A DNA stretch of 64,000 bases, from assembly GCF_009914755.1 (NCBI RefSeq), contig NC_060934.1; one strand, 5' to 3'. Within the stretch, counting starts at the first letter, position 1. Each line of letters starts with the position of its first letter. The notes under the pieces were generated by a model. The model was given only the letters and a program-made list of their open reading frames with translations. It was not told where the DNA came from and searched no databases. Shown here piece by piece: positions 36,284 to 50,447 of the stretch. Source of the stretch: the human T2T-CHM13v2.0 reference genome, Homo sapiens. The translations under genes and the position numbers were made by a program.

Positions 36284-37299
36284 ATCCTCTATACCATATT
36301 ATCACCACACGTTTTCTATGCTGAGATATGTTTAGATACACGAATACTTATCATTGTGTTACAGTTGCTACAGAATTGAGTACAGTCACATGCTGTGCAG
36401 GTTGTAGCTTTGGAGCAATAGGCTGTGCTATCTAGCCCAGGTGTGTCGTAGGCCGCACCATCTAGGTTTGTGTAAGCACATGCTATGATGTTCACACAAC
36501 CACGAAATTGCCTACTGATGGATTTCTCAGAATATATCCCCCTTGTTAAGTGACATACTTTTAAGTACTTAGAATCATTTCTGGCATACAATAAGTGCTA
36601 TATGTTTCTTAAAGCGAAAAAAGGTCAATACTCATATTTCCTCCATTTACTTAATCACAGAGATTACGTTTACTTAATCACAGAGATTAGGGAACTCAGC
36701 CAAGTCCCACAGCTAGAAAGTAGTGAGGTTGGGACCCAACCCCGGCAGGCTGACTCCTGCAGCCCCTACACTTAAGTGTCATAGCGAACTGTACTGGTAT
36801 TTTCCATGGATGCACCCCGTGATGGAAATGAGGGGTGTGACTCACTGTTGCGTTGTTCTGCATGTTACCTCTTTCCCTCCTTTCCTCTGATAATAATTTC
36901 TTTCAATCCCCTAACATCCAGTTCTCTCTCTCCCTTCATTTGCTTGGGTGGTCCTTTGTTTCTACAGAGAGCAATCCAACGACACAGGGCCCTTTCCTCT
37001 TCCTGGTCACGCAGTGGCCTTGAAAAATGGCCATTCTCTCTCAAGAGGCTTGCCGTTCAAAACAACCTCATTTCCCTTCACACTGTATGGTGTAGGTCAA
37101 GCTTTTTATTAAAAATGTTCCTGCCTTTCTCCTTCCCTCTGTGAGAGTCCCAGATTGTTCCTCATTCCCCCTTTGCCCAAATCTGGATATCATTCCCCCA
37201 GAGTCTCAGGAAACACGTTCCAGAAAATGTGTATTTGCATTTCATGATTATGCAGGAGAAGTGTGGGGACATATGTTACCTTTCAGCAGCTTGTATCCA

Positions 37300-37990
37300 A
37301 AGAGCCAGGCCTCACGACAGAACGTAGGCTCAAAATTAGCGCAATCGTTTACCTTGTCTTCTGAGTGATCTGTGTTCCGTGTCTTTGCACAGAAAGCTCT
37401 GTTCGTGTTCTGAGTCTGTTATTTTGATCTATACGATAAGAAAATCACTATCATTTGAATCCACAGCTTGAGAGGGCTGCTTTGCTTTTCATGTACGATA
37501 AGTTCTTAAACACAAGTGAGATGGAAAACATATTGTGCAACTCTCGGGAACTATTTAAAATGTAAAATATAAATATTTCTCCTTTGAATGTACTTAACTT
37601 AGCGAGCCCGTATCTGGTTTGTGTCCTTTCAGTCATCACACTGACATTGTGTTTGCTATTCCTTCATTTAGCTGAGTCAAAATGAGCTGGAGAAGCGAAA
37701 ATCAGCACTTCAGCCTGCTCTGCGGAGCAGAGCGCAGGAAGGTTGCCAAGCCTCCCTTGATCGCATAATGCCTCTCAGATAAGGTTAACGCTGCAGTAGG
37801 CCCTGCCTCGTGTTAGTATTTTATGGTGACAGCTCGAGTCTCCCATTGCAATGAATCTATTGTGAGGAAAAGCAAACAGAAAAGTCAACCCGCTGAGGGT
37901 AGCGGGGCCCATACTTGGCCTTTCTCAGGCTAAACCTGGGCCCATGGCTGCCATTGTCTGGTCAGGGCTGACTCAAAACCACCCAATTCT
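37300..37990. promoter_or_regulatory. Candidate distal enhancer (unique, motif-dense)
   Basis: Repeat-free and relatively CpG-retaining. AP-1 sites at 37673 and 37969, plus GATA, MEIS and SOX-like motifs. Motif evidence only. Confidence 0.4.
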
Positions 37991-38026
37991 TTTCCACTCC
38001 TGACTGGAGGGATTTAAGAATTTCTG

Positions 38027-38325
38027 GGCCAGGCGCAGTGGCTCACGCCTGTAATCCCAGCACTTTGGGAGGCTGAGGCGGGCAGATCAGGAGGTCAGCA
38101 GTTCAAGACCAGCTTGGCCAATATGGTGAAACCCCGTCTCAACTAAAAATACAAAAATTTGCCAGGCACGGTGGTGCTTGCCTGTAGTCCCAGCTACTCA
38201 GGAGGCTGAGGCAGAAGAATTGCTTGAACCTGGGAAGGCAGAGGTTGCAGTGAGCTGAGATCATGCCACTGCGCTCCAGCCTGGGAGACAGAGCGAGACT
38301 CCGTCTCAAAAAAAAAAAAAGCAAA
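38027..38325 (+). mobile_element. AluS
   Basis: TSD aagaatttctg at 38016-38026 and 38326-38336. Confidence 0.95.
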
Positions 38326-38336
38326 AAGAATTTCTG

Positions 38337-38640
38337 ACTGTAAGAGTAGTGGGGAGGAGGGATAAAGAGGGGTTGGATAATAGGTACAAAAATATAGTTA
38401 GATAGAATAAAATACAGTGTTCAAAAGCTCAATAAAAATTTTGGTTTATTTCAAAATAACAAGTACATTTTGAATATTCCTAACACAAAGTAATGATAAA
38501 TGCTTGAGCTGATGGATAACCCAATGACTTAAAATTGATTATTACACATTGTATGCTTGTATCAAAATGTCATAAGCATCCCATAAATATGTATAACTAT
38601 GTATCCATAAACATTAAAAATTGAAATTTTAAAAATTTAA
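38337..38640 (+). mobile_element. L1MA-like 3' end
   Basis: ggtacaaaaatatagttagatagaataa...attatacacattgtatgcttgtatcaaaa...cccataaatatgta with an A-rich end. Confidence 0.8.
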
Positions 38641-38813
38641 AAACTAAGGCCCTCTGAATGTAGAAAAACAAAGAAAGAGGTAGCGTCTTCGCTCCAGCAT
38701 CCTCCCACTCCGCCAGGTTGAACTGCCGCTGTTTAAATAAGACTAAAATCCCATTCTTCTCTCACATCTCTTCATTTGCAGACATCTAGCATGGGCCCCT
38801 TCCTTCTGCCCTA

Positions 38814-39239
<426 letters not shown>

Positions 39240-39534
39240 TCATGCTGCATTAGAGTGGATGTGGTTTTCTATATGTCCTTTTTTCAAGTCTTCTTTCGTT
39301 ATGAGAAAAATAAAACAACAAAAGAAACTTTATGGGGTAAAGGTAAAAAATATCTTTGCTAAGACGGGATAGTTAATACTTGGGGGACAGCTCTGGTGAG
39401 AAGGTGGCTTCCAAGTTTCCCAACCATGGAACCCTTTGCTCAAGCAAAATCTCACAAAGTCCAACCATCACTGAGGTTTTTCTGGCTATAGGAGTGTGGT
39501 GGGAGTCCTGGAGCTCCTCTGATTGGCGCCTCTA

Positions 39535-42500
39535 TTTTCTGTCTTATGGATTGTCTATTCTAGATAGTTCATATAAATGGATTTATGCGAAGTGTGTCCT
39601 TTTGTGTGTTGCATATTTTGCTTAGCATAAATGTTTTCAAGATTTATCCATATAATGGGATATTTGAGAACTTCATTCCCCTTTATTTGTGAATAATATT
39701 CCATTGTGTTGATGCCACTTTTTGTGTATCCATTTATGTGTTGGAAGACACCTGCGTCTCCCCACCATTTAGCTATGTGACAACGCTGCAATGAGTATCT
39801 GTGTGAGTTCCCGCTCGCCATTCTTTTTGGCATATGCCATACTTGGAAATGGAATTGGAATTGCTACATCACATAGAAACATCGTATTTAGATTTTTGAG
39901 GCACCACTAAACTGTTCCCCACAGCAGTTGCACTGTTTTAAATTCCCATCAACTATGTATGAGGGCTCCAATTTCTCAACATTCTTGACAACAGTCGTTA
40001 TTTTCCATTTTCTGTTTGTTTCTTCCTACATTCATTCCAGTAGGTGTGAAATTATCTCATTGTTTGATTTGCATTTCCCTAATGACTAAGGATACTAAGC
40101 ATCTTGTCATGTGCTTACCGTCCATTTGTATATCTTCTTTGTAGAAATATCTATTCAAATCCTTTAACTATTTTTTGAAAAGATAGACTTGATTTTTAGA
40201 ACAGTTTTAAGTTCACAGCAAAATTTAGTGAAGAGTACAGAGATTTCCCATGTATTACCTGCCTCCATTCATAAATAGCCTCTCCTATTATCAATATTCC
40301 CTACCAGAGTGGTATATTTATCACAACGGATGAACCTGCATTGACTCTTCATTATCACCCAGCATCCATACTTTACATTAGGATTCTACACAGCATAACA
40401 TTAGCATTGCATTATGACACTCCTAGTGTTATAGAATGTGTGGATTTGGACAAATGGCTAATGACATGTATCCACCATTGCAGTATTCTGCAAAGTACTT
40501 TCACTGCCCTAAAAATCCTCTGGGTTTCACCTGTTCATCCTTTCCTCCCCCTGACCTGTGGCGACCACTGATTTTTTTCTTGTATCCATAGTTGTCCCTT
40601 TTTCAGAATTTCCTACAGCTGAATACCATATTTAGCCATTTAAGGTTGACATCTTTTACTTAGTAATATACATTTAAGTTTTCTCTATGTCTTTTCATGG
40701 CTTGATAGCTCATTTCTTTTTAGCACCGAATAATATCGTATTGTTTGAGTGTACCACAGTTTATGCATTCACTCAGTGAAGGACACTTTGGTTGCTTCCA
40801 TGTTTCGGTAATGATTAGTAAGGAGGCGATAAACACCTGTGTGCAGATTTTGGTGTGTACACGAGTTTTCAGCTCTTTTGGGTCAATATCAGGGAGCATG
40901 ATTGCTGGATTGTATTGTAATGTTATGTTTAGTTTCGTAAGAAATCACCGAACTATCTTTCAATGTGGCTGTACCATTTTGCATTTCCACTAGCAGTTAG
41001 TGGGACTTCCTGTTGCCTCACATCCTCACCAGCATTTGGTGTTGTCAGTGTTGTGGATTTTGGCTATTTTAATAGGTATACAGTGATATCTCATTGTTGT
41101 TGTAATTTACATTTCCCTGACGATATATGATGTGGAGCATCTTTTCGTATGCTTATTTGCCATGTGTGCACAGGTCGAATGTTCCTTGTCTGAAATGTTT
41201 GGTACCTGAAGTGTTTCAGAGTTAGGACTTCTTTTTTTCAGATTTTGGAATATTTTCAGTATACCTACTGGTTTAGCATTTCTCATCTGAAAATTTGAAA
41301 TCTGAAATGCTCCAACGAGCAATTCCTCTGAGCATCATATCAGCACTGAAAAAGTTTTAGATTTTGGAGCATTTCAGATTTTCAGATTGGTGATACTCAA
41401 TCTATATCCTCCTTGGTGTGGTATTTGTTCAGATCTTTTGCTCCAATTTTTCATCAGGTTGTCCATTTTCTTATTGTTGAGGTTCAAGGATTCTTTGCAT
41501 ATTTTAGGTAACAGTCTTTTATCAAGTAAGTTTTTTGCAAACATATTCTCCCAGTCTGCAGCTTGTCTTTTCATTTTCCTGACAGTGTCTTTCAGAAAGC
41601 AGAAGTATTTAATGACATCTGTCTTACCAATTTTTTCTTTCATGGACAGTGCCCTTAATATTGCACTTAAAAGTCATCACCTAACCCAAGGCCATCTAGA
41701 TTTTCTCCTATATTGTTTTCTAGAAGTGTTATGGTTTTACATTTTATAATTAGATCTACAATCCATTTTCAGTTAATTTTTGTGAAAGGTATAAAGTCTC
41801 TGTCTATATTCTTGTTTTGTTTTGTTCCATTTTGTTGCTTGTGGATGGCAAGTTGTTCCAGCACCACTTGTTGGAATGACTATCTTTGTCCTATGTTATT
41901 GTCTTTTCTCCTGTGTCAAAATCAGTTGACTATATTTATGTGGGTCTATTCCTGGGCCCTCTTTTATGTTCCATTGATCTATCTGTAACTTTATACCGGT
42001 TGCTTATCCCTAATCCAACATTCTCTAAAATCTAAAACTTTCTGAGTGCCAACATGATGCTCCAAGGAAATTCCCACTGGAGTATTTCAGATTTCAGAAT
42101 TTTGGATTAGGGATACTGAACTGGTAAGTAGACTGCAAATATTCCAATATCAAAAAAAGTTTTTATATTAACCTTGTATCCTGCAAAATTACTGTAAGTG
42201 CTTATTAGTTCCAGGAGTTTTTTTTTTTTCTTTTGCTGATACTTTTGGATTTTCTGCATAGACAATTATGTCATCTGCAAAGACAGTTTTATGTTTCCTA
42301 ATTGATGTAACTTTTCTTTTCTTTTTTTTTCTTGTTTTATTGCATTAGCTAGGACTTCCAGTATGATACTGAAAAGGGGCGGTGAGAGAGGACATCCTTG
42401 CCTTGTTCCTGATGTTAGCACGAAAGCTTTGAGTTTCTTACCATTAAATATGATGTGAGCAATAGGTTTTGTGGATATTCTTTATCAAACTGGGAAAAAT

Positions 42501-45030
42501 CCTCCTCTATTCCTCATTTACTGAGAGTTTTTTTTGTTTTTTAATCATGAATGGGTGTTGGATTCTTTCAAATGCCTTTTCTCCACCTGTTCATATGCTC
42601 ATGTGTTTTTTTTTTCTTTATCCAATGGATGTGATGGCTTACATTAATTGGTTTTCAAATTTTGAACCAGCCTTGCCTACCTGGGATAAATTATACTTGG
42701 TTGTTGTGGTGTATAATTTCTTTCATACGTTGTTGAATTTGATTTGCTAGTATTTTGTTGAGAATTTTTACGTCTATATTCAAAAGAGATATTGATCTAT
42801 GGTTTTCTTTTCTTATAATGTCTTTGTCTGGTTTTGTTCTTAAGGTAATGCTAGTCTCATTGAATGACATAGGAAGCATTTCCTCTGCTTCTTTCTTCTG
42901 AAAGATATTGTAGAGAATTGGTATAATGTTTTCATTAAAGGTGTGGTAGAATTCACTGGTGAACTCATCTGGGCCTGGTGCTTTTGTGTTCGGTAGATTA
43001 TTAATTATTGATTCAATTTCTTTAACATACCTAGAGCTCTTTAGATTAATTATTCTTTGTGTGTGCAAGTTTTGGCAGATTGTGTCTTTCAGGGAAATGA
43101 CCTATTCCATCTAGGTTATACAATTTGTGGACATAAAATTGTTTATAATAGTTCTGTATTATACATTTAATGTTCATGGGATTTATGGTGATGTCCTCTC
43201 TTTTGTTTCTGATATTAGTAATTTGGATCTTCTTTTTTTCTTTGCTAGCCTAAGAAAAAAGTTAGCCTAGAGTCTTATTGATTTTATCAAAGAATTAGTT
43301 TTTGGTTTCATTGATTTTTCTATTAATTTCCTGTTTTCAACGTCACTGATTTCTGCTCTAATTATTTATTATTTCTGTTTTTCAAATTATTTTGGATTTA
43401 ATTTGCTCTTCTAGTTTTCTAAAATGAAAGTTTAGATTATTGGTTTTAGACTGTTCTTCTCTTCTATCATATGCATTCAATGCTATAAATTTCCCTCTAA
43501 GTACTTTTCTCTCTTGATAAGTTGGGTTTTGACTTTCATTTAGTTCAAAACATTTTAAAATTTCTTTTGCAATTTCTTCTGTAACTCATGTGTTATTTAG
43601 AAGTGTGTTGTTTAATCTCTATTTTGAGGATTTTGAGGCTTTCCAGTTATCTTCCTGTTCTGGAGTTCTAGTATAATTCTATTATGGTCTGAAAGCAGAC
43701 ATTTTATGATTTCTTTTAAATTTGTTAATATATATTTTTATGGCCTAAAATATGGTCAAACCCAGTAAATATTTCAAGTGAGCTTGAGGAAAAAGTGTAT
43801 TCGGCTGTTGTACATCTACAGGTGTCAATTATAGTCACTTGATTGATAGTGTATTGAGTTCCACTGCGTCCTTACTGATTGCCTGCTGGGCCTGTTCCTG
43901 GTAGAAAGCTGTTGAAGTCTCCAACAGTCATAGCAGATGCATCTATTTTTCCTTGCAGTTTACTTGGCTAGAAGTTTGTCAGTTTTGTTGTAACAGAAAC
44001 TGCTGTACGTAGACCGTTAGTATTGTGGTGGTGAGGCAAAGTGGGAAGAGGATGATTTTATAGTTTTTTGATTAGGACTTTTAGTGAGCTGATGCCTCTG
44101 ATTGTGAACTTCACAAGTGTTTCTCAGTATTTTTCTTCCTTCTTAGGTGAGGCTGGATGGCTTGCGTGGGCTGGATTTTGGTATTTTTCCTCTCCCAGGT
44201 GGAAGGTCTGAGCGGCTGATGGCTGGCGTTTGGTAGTTCTCTTCCCCCAAGGTCCGTTAGGCTCTGATAAAGCCCCAGCAGCCTGGGCTCTGATTAACTA
44301 ACTGGATTTTCCTGAGGGCAGACCTTGTTAAGAAGAACGCAGTGTTCTGGTTCCTTTTCTCTTCCACCCCCAGAAGTGGGAAGAGATTCTTCTCCGTTTA
44401 CTCTAAGAACCTGGTGAAACTCCTGGAGGTAAAACTCACAAAGGGATGGAGACCTCTATGTCTGGGTCCCCTGGAGCTTTTAATGTTCAGGCTTGTTCAT
44501 ACTGAGTCACCAGGAATTTATCAATTACAATTAGGTGGGACACTCACTGGTTTCTGCTCTGGTAAGTTGCAATTCTCTGCGTTGGCCTATCTGTCTCTCC
44601 AACTTCTGGGGCAGTGCTGTGCTTGTGAAGCCTCGCTTCTTTTATGGATCCAGGAAGAGTTGTTGATTTTTCAGTTTTTCAGCCTTTTACTTGTTATTAG
44701 GACACAGTGGCAACTTCCAAGCAGTACAGGAAACTGGAAATCCCTCTGCCTATTTTTTTGATTGCATTGTTTGTGTTTTTGTGGTTGGGAGTCGGGAGTT
44801 CTTCATATATTCTGGTTCGATGATCAGATACGTCCCTTATGATTTGCAAATATTGTCTCCCATTCTGTAGGTTATCATTTCACCTTCTTGATAATATTCT
44901 CTGATGCATACAATTTTTAACTTCGGTGAAATTCAATCTATCTATCTTTAGTTGGTTATGTTTTTGGTGTGTAAGAATCTGTTTACCAAATCTAAGGTCA
45001 TGAACATTTACTCTCTTACTTTTGTGAACT
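39535..45030 (-). mobile_element. Stack of ancient antisense L1M fragments (3' UTRs, ORF2, L1MD-like 5' region)
   Basis: ORF 42691..43068 (-) reads [41 protein letters not shown], and ORF 41374..41643 (-) is ORF2 C-terminal-like. The 5'-region motif lies at 44400-44740. Confidence 0.85.
41170..41403 (+). mobile_element. Tigger4/Zombi (MER46)-type MITE
   Basis: caggtcgaatgttccttgtctgaaatgtttggtacctgaagtgtttcag...gatactcaatct. A second related fragment lies at about 41996-42160. Confidence 0.75.
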
Positions 45031-46267
45031 GTCTTTTTTTTTTTTAACTTATCTCTCAGGCACTTCCCATATATAATCTTACATAATCCTTGCAACAAAT
45101 CCAAATGATATTATTTTCCCTTTTTGATAAGGATATCTAACCTTATCATAATTTGCTCAAGACTCTACTACTAGTAAAATGGTAGGGCAGGGATTTAAAC
45201 TAGTGTTTTCAAATTCCTGACATGTACTAATTTGGAGGATTCGGGAATGAGATATCATAATTTACAATATTTCTCAGGAATTCCGCAATCATAAGTTATT
45301 TTAAAATAATTTCAACATTTTCATACACTTTACTCATGATTATGTCTATCTTTGGAAGGCATGTTTGACAAATGAGAAGTATTTAGTAGCGTTTATGAAG
45401 TACAGTGAATGTTCAAATACTAGAAAATGGTAGGAAATGGTATCGAGTGGTATTCAAATAATGTAACATTTGGATTTCCTAGCAAGCTTAACAGAACTAC
45501 AAAGAATCCCATGTAGAAATGTGCCAATGTAAGGATTTATGTGCTTCTAAAACTTCGTATTTCTTAGAACAGCATTCGTAGAATTTAAATGGAGCATGAT
45601 ATGGGTATAAGCTTATTAATATTTATTTCCTGTGCCAATGTGACTCATTGTCAGCATCACACAAGGCCAGAAACATACACGCACAACACAGCAACAGCCA
45701 CAAGCCAAACTGATTCCATTGTGAACGCATGTCTCCTATATTGATTGATAAGCTTCAGTTCATGCTAGAGAATTATAATACTTTCCCCAAGTTTTCAACT
45801 GATTTTCCGGATTTGGAGAAATCTAAATTTTCTGAGAAATGCCAAGGAAGAATTCTTGCATAGAAATAGTAATTAGAACCAGGTCTGGGTTTTTTCCCCC
45901 TTCTAAAACTAATGTTCTTTCCACGACTATATCTGGCAGGCTCCCAAGAGCTGCTAAGAAAGAGGAAAGGAAAAGACCATTGGGTTTTATGGCTAGGAGG
46001 TCTTTGGTGTAACATCTTGAGAGCGATTATTGTGTATATTAGTTTCCTATTGCTGCTGTAATAAATTACTATAAATTTATTGGCTTAAATCCATGCAAGT
46101 TTATTCTCTTACAGTTCTGGAGGTCAGAATTCCAAAGTAAGTTTCACTAGCTAAAGTTAAGATGTTGGCAGGGCTGGTTCCTTCTTGAGGCTCCGCTGGA
46201 GAGTATGTGGAGTTTTTTTGCCTTTTCCATCTTAAAGAGGCTATCTTTATTTATTGGCTTGTGGTTC

Positions 46268-46683
46268 AGTCTTAGCCTATTTGTAGTCTCTTTGTGGTGC
46301 CATAACGTAACAATTATCACAGATTGGGTAATTTATAAAGAAGAGAAACTTAGTTCTCGTAGTTCTGGAGGCTGGAAGTTCAAGATCAAGGCACAAGCAA
46401 GTTCAGTGTCTGATGAGGGCTCAGTCTTGGCTTCCACAGCGTTGTCTTATTGCAGCATCCTCCGGAGGAAAGGAACACTGCGTCTTCCTATGCAGAAGAA
46501 ATAGCGGTGAAAAGGGACAAACTCCCTCTAACAAGCCTTTTCATAAGAGTACCTGATCCCATTCATGGAATTGAATCCCTCATGACTCAATAACCTCCTA
46601 AAGGCCACACCTCTTAATAATCTTGCACTGGGGATTAAGTTTCAATGTGAGTTTGGGAGAGGACACCATCTTTAAAACCATAG
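46268..46683 (-). mobile_element. MST/MLT1A-type MaLR LTR
   Basis: gggtaatttataaagaagag...gttctggaggctggaagttcaagatcaagg...gggattaagtttcaa...aaaccatag. Confidence 0.75.
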
Positions 46684-47444
46684 TGATATGGACAGGAGGC
46701 AGCAAAATACTGAGTAGAAGAGAGAGGTTCCCTGGCAAGGGCCCCACCCTCAAGCCTGGAGACCCACAGCACTAAATGAGAACAGGCATTCGGTTTTTAT
46801 GCCCAAAAACTGGCCTTTTGGCCTGCCATTCCCCCTATCCTGCCTCCATATCAGCCCCAAATCCCAAGCACCAGGAGAGATCAGCAGACCAGTGGTGGTG
46901 GAACGATGCAGCAGAGAAAGAAGAGGAGGGATGCCTGGACACCAAGGGAAGTCTGGCCAGGGGTGGTCAGAGAAGAGTCCAGCAGCTCGGTGGCCTGACT
47001 CCAGGGAAGGACCACCTTCCCACTCCATTCCCCTTCCAGCTCCCTATCCATCTCACTGAGAGCCACCTCCTCCTCATAATAAAACCTTGCACTAATCCTT
47101 TGAGCCCTGTGTGATCCGATTCTTTCGGGACACTGGGCAAGAGCTCGGGATACAAAAGGCTGTCACACTGGCCTTCTGCCCTTGCAATAAGGCAGAGGGT
47201 CCATTGAGATTAACACACAAGCCATCTGTAGATGGCAAAGCTGAAAGAGCATGGTAGCACCGGAGTTACAGGCACCCACCCCTAAACACTACCGCAGGGC
47301 TGATAGCCCAAAGCACTCATCCCAGCCTCTGCACCTCCCTGTCTGTATGCACCCCTAGGGGTTTGAGCTGTGGGGCAACCAAACAGGCGAGCCGTACCCC
47401 TGTTAGACATCCTGTGAGGGGAATCAGGGGACTCTCCTGTTTCA
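46684..47444 (+). mobile_element. ERV1 solo LTR, MER50-like
   Basis: TG...CA termini (tgatatggacaggaggcag ... ctctcctgtttca), an internal AATAAA at about 47078, and near-TSD atag/gtag. Confidence 0.8.
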
Positions 47445-48249
47445 GTAGCAGGCCCCTTCCTCTACCTTCAAAGCATGTCAGTCCAGTCACTGCTTCTGTC
47501 GCCACACTGCCATCTCCTCTCACTTGGTGACTCCGTCATTTCTCTTGAAGGACAACTGTGATTACGTGAGGTCCATCAGATAATCTGGGAGAGTCTCCTC
47601 ATCTAAGGATCTTTAAGCACATCTTCAAAGTCTCTTCTGCCATACAAGGAAACATTCACAGGTTCCCAGGATTAGGACAAGGTTATATTTCTGAGGCCAT
47701 TGTTCAGCCAACCATGACTCTGGGGAATTTGGCTACTTATTATTTAAGAATAAAAGACATATGGGATGGGTAGAACCTGGCAATCAGTGAGCCAGCTATA
47801 GCAGGGTCCTGAAAAATGTGCCCCACTGCCACTAAGACCACATCCCACTACACAAAATCCAGGGTCCAGTAGAACTCAGCAGGCTCCTATCCTGATCAAA
47901 ACCAAAGGCTGGTGATGGCTGTACACTGAAATTACAAGTGGCTCAAAGTTGAAGGAAAGGAGATAAGGATCCAGGTGGCCAGTGCTCTGAAACTCCAGTG
48001 AGCAGCCACCGTGGGAGTCTATAGATAGGGCCTGAGCTCCTGCTTAAGCTCTCATTTCAAAGCAGTTCCAGGATCTCTGAAGGAGGACAGAGAGGAGCCA
48101 CATGTGGCTTCAAGGCTTGCAGGATAACTGGAGGAACCAGCTGGCTCCTGCACTAGAAATTCAGATTGTGGAAAAGAAAAAATGGAAAGGCATAGTTCTT
48201 ATGACCTGAGGATCTTGGTAGAAAGCTGGCTTTGGAAATCATGCTATCC

Positions 48250-48564
48250 AGCTGGGCATGATGGCTCATGCCTGTAATCCCAGCACTTTGGGAGGTCGAG
48301 GCAGGTGGATCACAAGGTCAGGAGATCGAGACCATCTGGCCAACATGGTGAAACCCTGTCTCTCCCAAAAAAAAAAAAAAAAAAAAAAAAAACAAAAAAT
48401 TAGCCAGGCGTGGTGGCATGCGCCTGTAATCTCAGCTCCTCAAGAGGCTGAGGCAGGAGAATTGCTTGAATCCAGGAGGCAGAGGTTGCAGTGAGCCGAG
48501 ATCATGCCATTACGCTCCAGCTTGGGCAACAAGAGCAAAACTGCGTCTCAAAAAAAAAAAAAAA
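48250..48564 (+). mobile_element. AluSc-like with an expanded central A tract
   Basis: Dimer with an A-run linker. Flanks are tcatgctatc / tcatggtatc. Confidence 0.94.
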
Positions 48565-48799
48565 ATTCATGGTATCGAAATTCAGCATGGTAAATTATGG
48601 GTGCAGTGGGTGAGCTATGACTCAAGAACAACATGAGATTTCCCGTTGATTGGAATTAGGAATAGTTTCAGCAAATCAAATCTAAAGAAAGGCAGACTTT
48701 GTTTTTCTTGAAGTTATTGAGTTTTATAACTATTGAGTTTTGTAACTGTCTGTACATGCACATGTGTGGGCATGTGTGAATTTTAAAAAGAGTACATTT

Positions 48800-49790
48800 G
48801 ACTTATCTGATGTCAGAATCATGCACCAATATTGCCTATGGCTTCCTGCTGCCAGGTGCAATGTTGCAATAATTAAAGTAAAATTCTTCTCCATATAAAC
48901 CCATGTGAAGGGTTCCTTGAATGTATTCCTGGAATGGAATTCCTGGGTCATAAAGTATGCTCAAGTACCAGATCATCTCCAGATTGATGGCCTCTGACTA
49001 CATTTTCCTAGCAGAGCATAAGGATTGAGGTATTCTCACATCCCTGTAAACATTTGTCATTTTACAGCTTACTAGCTTTTGCCAATCATTTTACTAAGTG
49101 ATAGCTCTTTGTCACTTTAATTTGTATTGTTCTGATTACTAATGAGTTTCACCATCATTTCACATGCCTTACTGCCACGTGGCATTCCAATGCTATAAAT
49201 CTCTTTGTATCTCTTGCTCACTTTTCTGTTGGACTTATCTTGTTCTTGGTTGATATCAAATGCCTCTTGTATTTTCTACATATTAATCCTTTGTCAGTTC
49301 CGGGTATTGCAAATGACTTTCTCCATTCCTCCAATCTCTTTTTTCCATGATGTCTTTCAATAAACAGAAATTCTTAATTTTAATATAAACAAACTCATGA
49401 AGTTTTAGCCTTGTTGTTTGTGCTTTTGAGATTTTGTGAAAAAATTTCCCCTATCACAAGTCACAAAAATATTTCTTTATATTTTCTAATAACTTTAGAC
49501 CTTTAATCTATTTTGGGTTCACTCATCTGGTGCTAGACAGTGATTTAGCATTATTTTTTTTTCTGGTAGTGGTCTAGTTTTCCTAATACTAGCTATTAAA
49601 TAATTTATTCTTTCCCTAATGATTTGTGGTGACGTTTTATGACATATTAAGTCCCCCTAGATATGTGGGTCTGCCTGTGATCTCTCTCTTTTCTGTTCTG
49701 TTGGTCTACTTTGCTTCCAGAATCATACTTTAAAAAATTACTGTGACTCTGGTAAACCTTAATGATTGATATGATGTGTTCCCTTTATAG
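48800..49790 (-). mobile_element. Very old L1ME-like ORF2 3' region
   Basis: ggaattcctgggtcata...ttaatttgtattgttctgattactaatgag...tatattaatcctttgtcag. Confidence 0.65.
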
Positions 49791-50085
49791 ATTTTTTTTC
49801 ATTTATTTATGTATTTATTTACTTTTAGAGACAGAGTCTTGCTATTTTTCCCACCTGATCCTAAACTACTGAGCTCAAGCAATCCTCCCATCTAAGCTTC
49901 CTGAGCAGCTGGGATTACAGGTATACACCACCATGCCCAGCCTTAGATTTTCTTTAAAGAATGACTTAGATTTTGAGGACCTGCCCTCTTTTTTCTTTCT
50001 CTTTTTAAAGTTAAAATATATCATAGTTTTTAGAGGTTGTATTAGTGTAGCACACATGCAGAAAAGCACACAGATCATGACCATA

Positions 50086-50447
<362 letters not shown>

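Larger units (their letters stand above)
46030..47715 (-). mobile_element. MLT1-type MaLR LTR split by two nested LTRs
   Basis: tgtatattagtttcctattgctgctgtaa...ttggcttgtgg [insert] ggccccttcctctaccttcaaagc...cacaggttcccaggattaggac. Confidence 0.75.

Noticed and set aside
37701-37735. Possible REST/RE1 site (atcagcac...)
   Set aside because: Only a left half-site resemblance is present, with no GGACAG right half at the canonical spacing.
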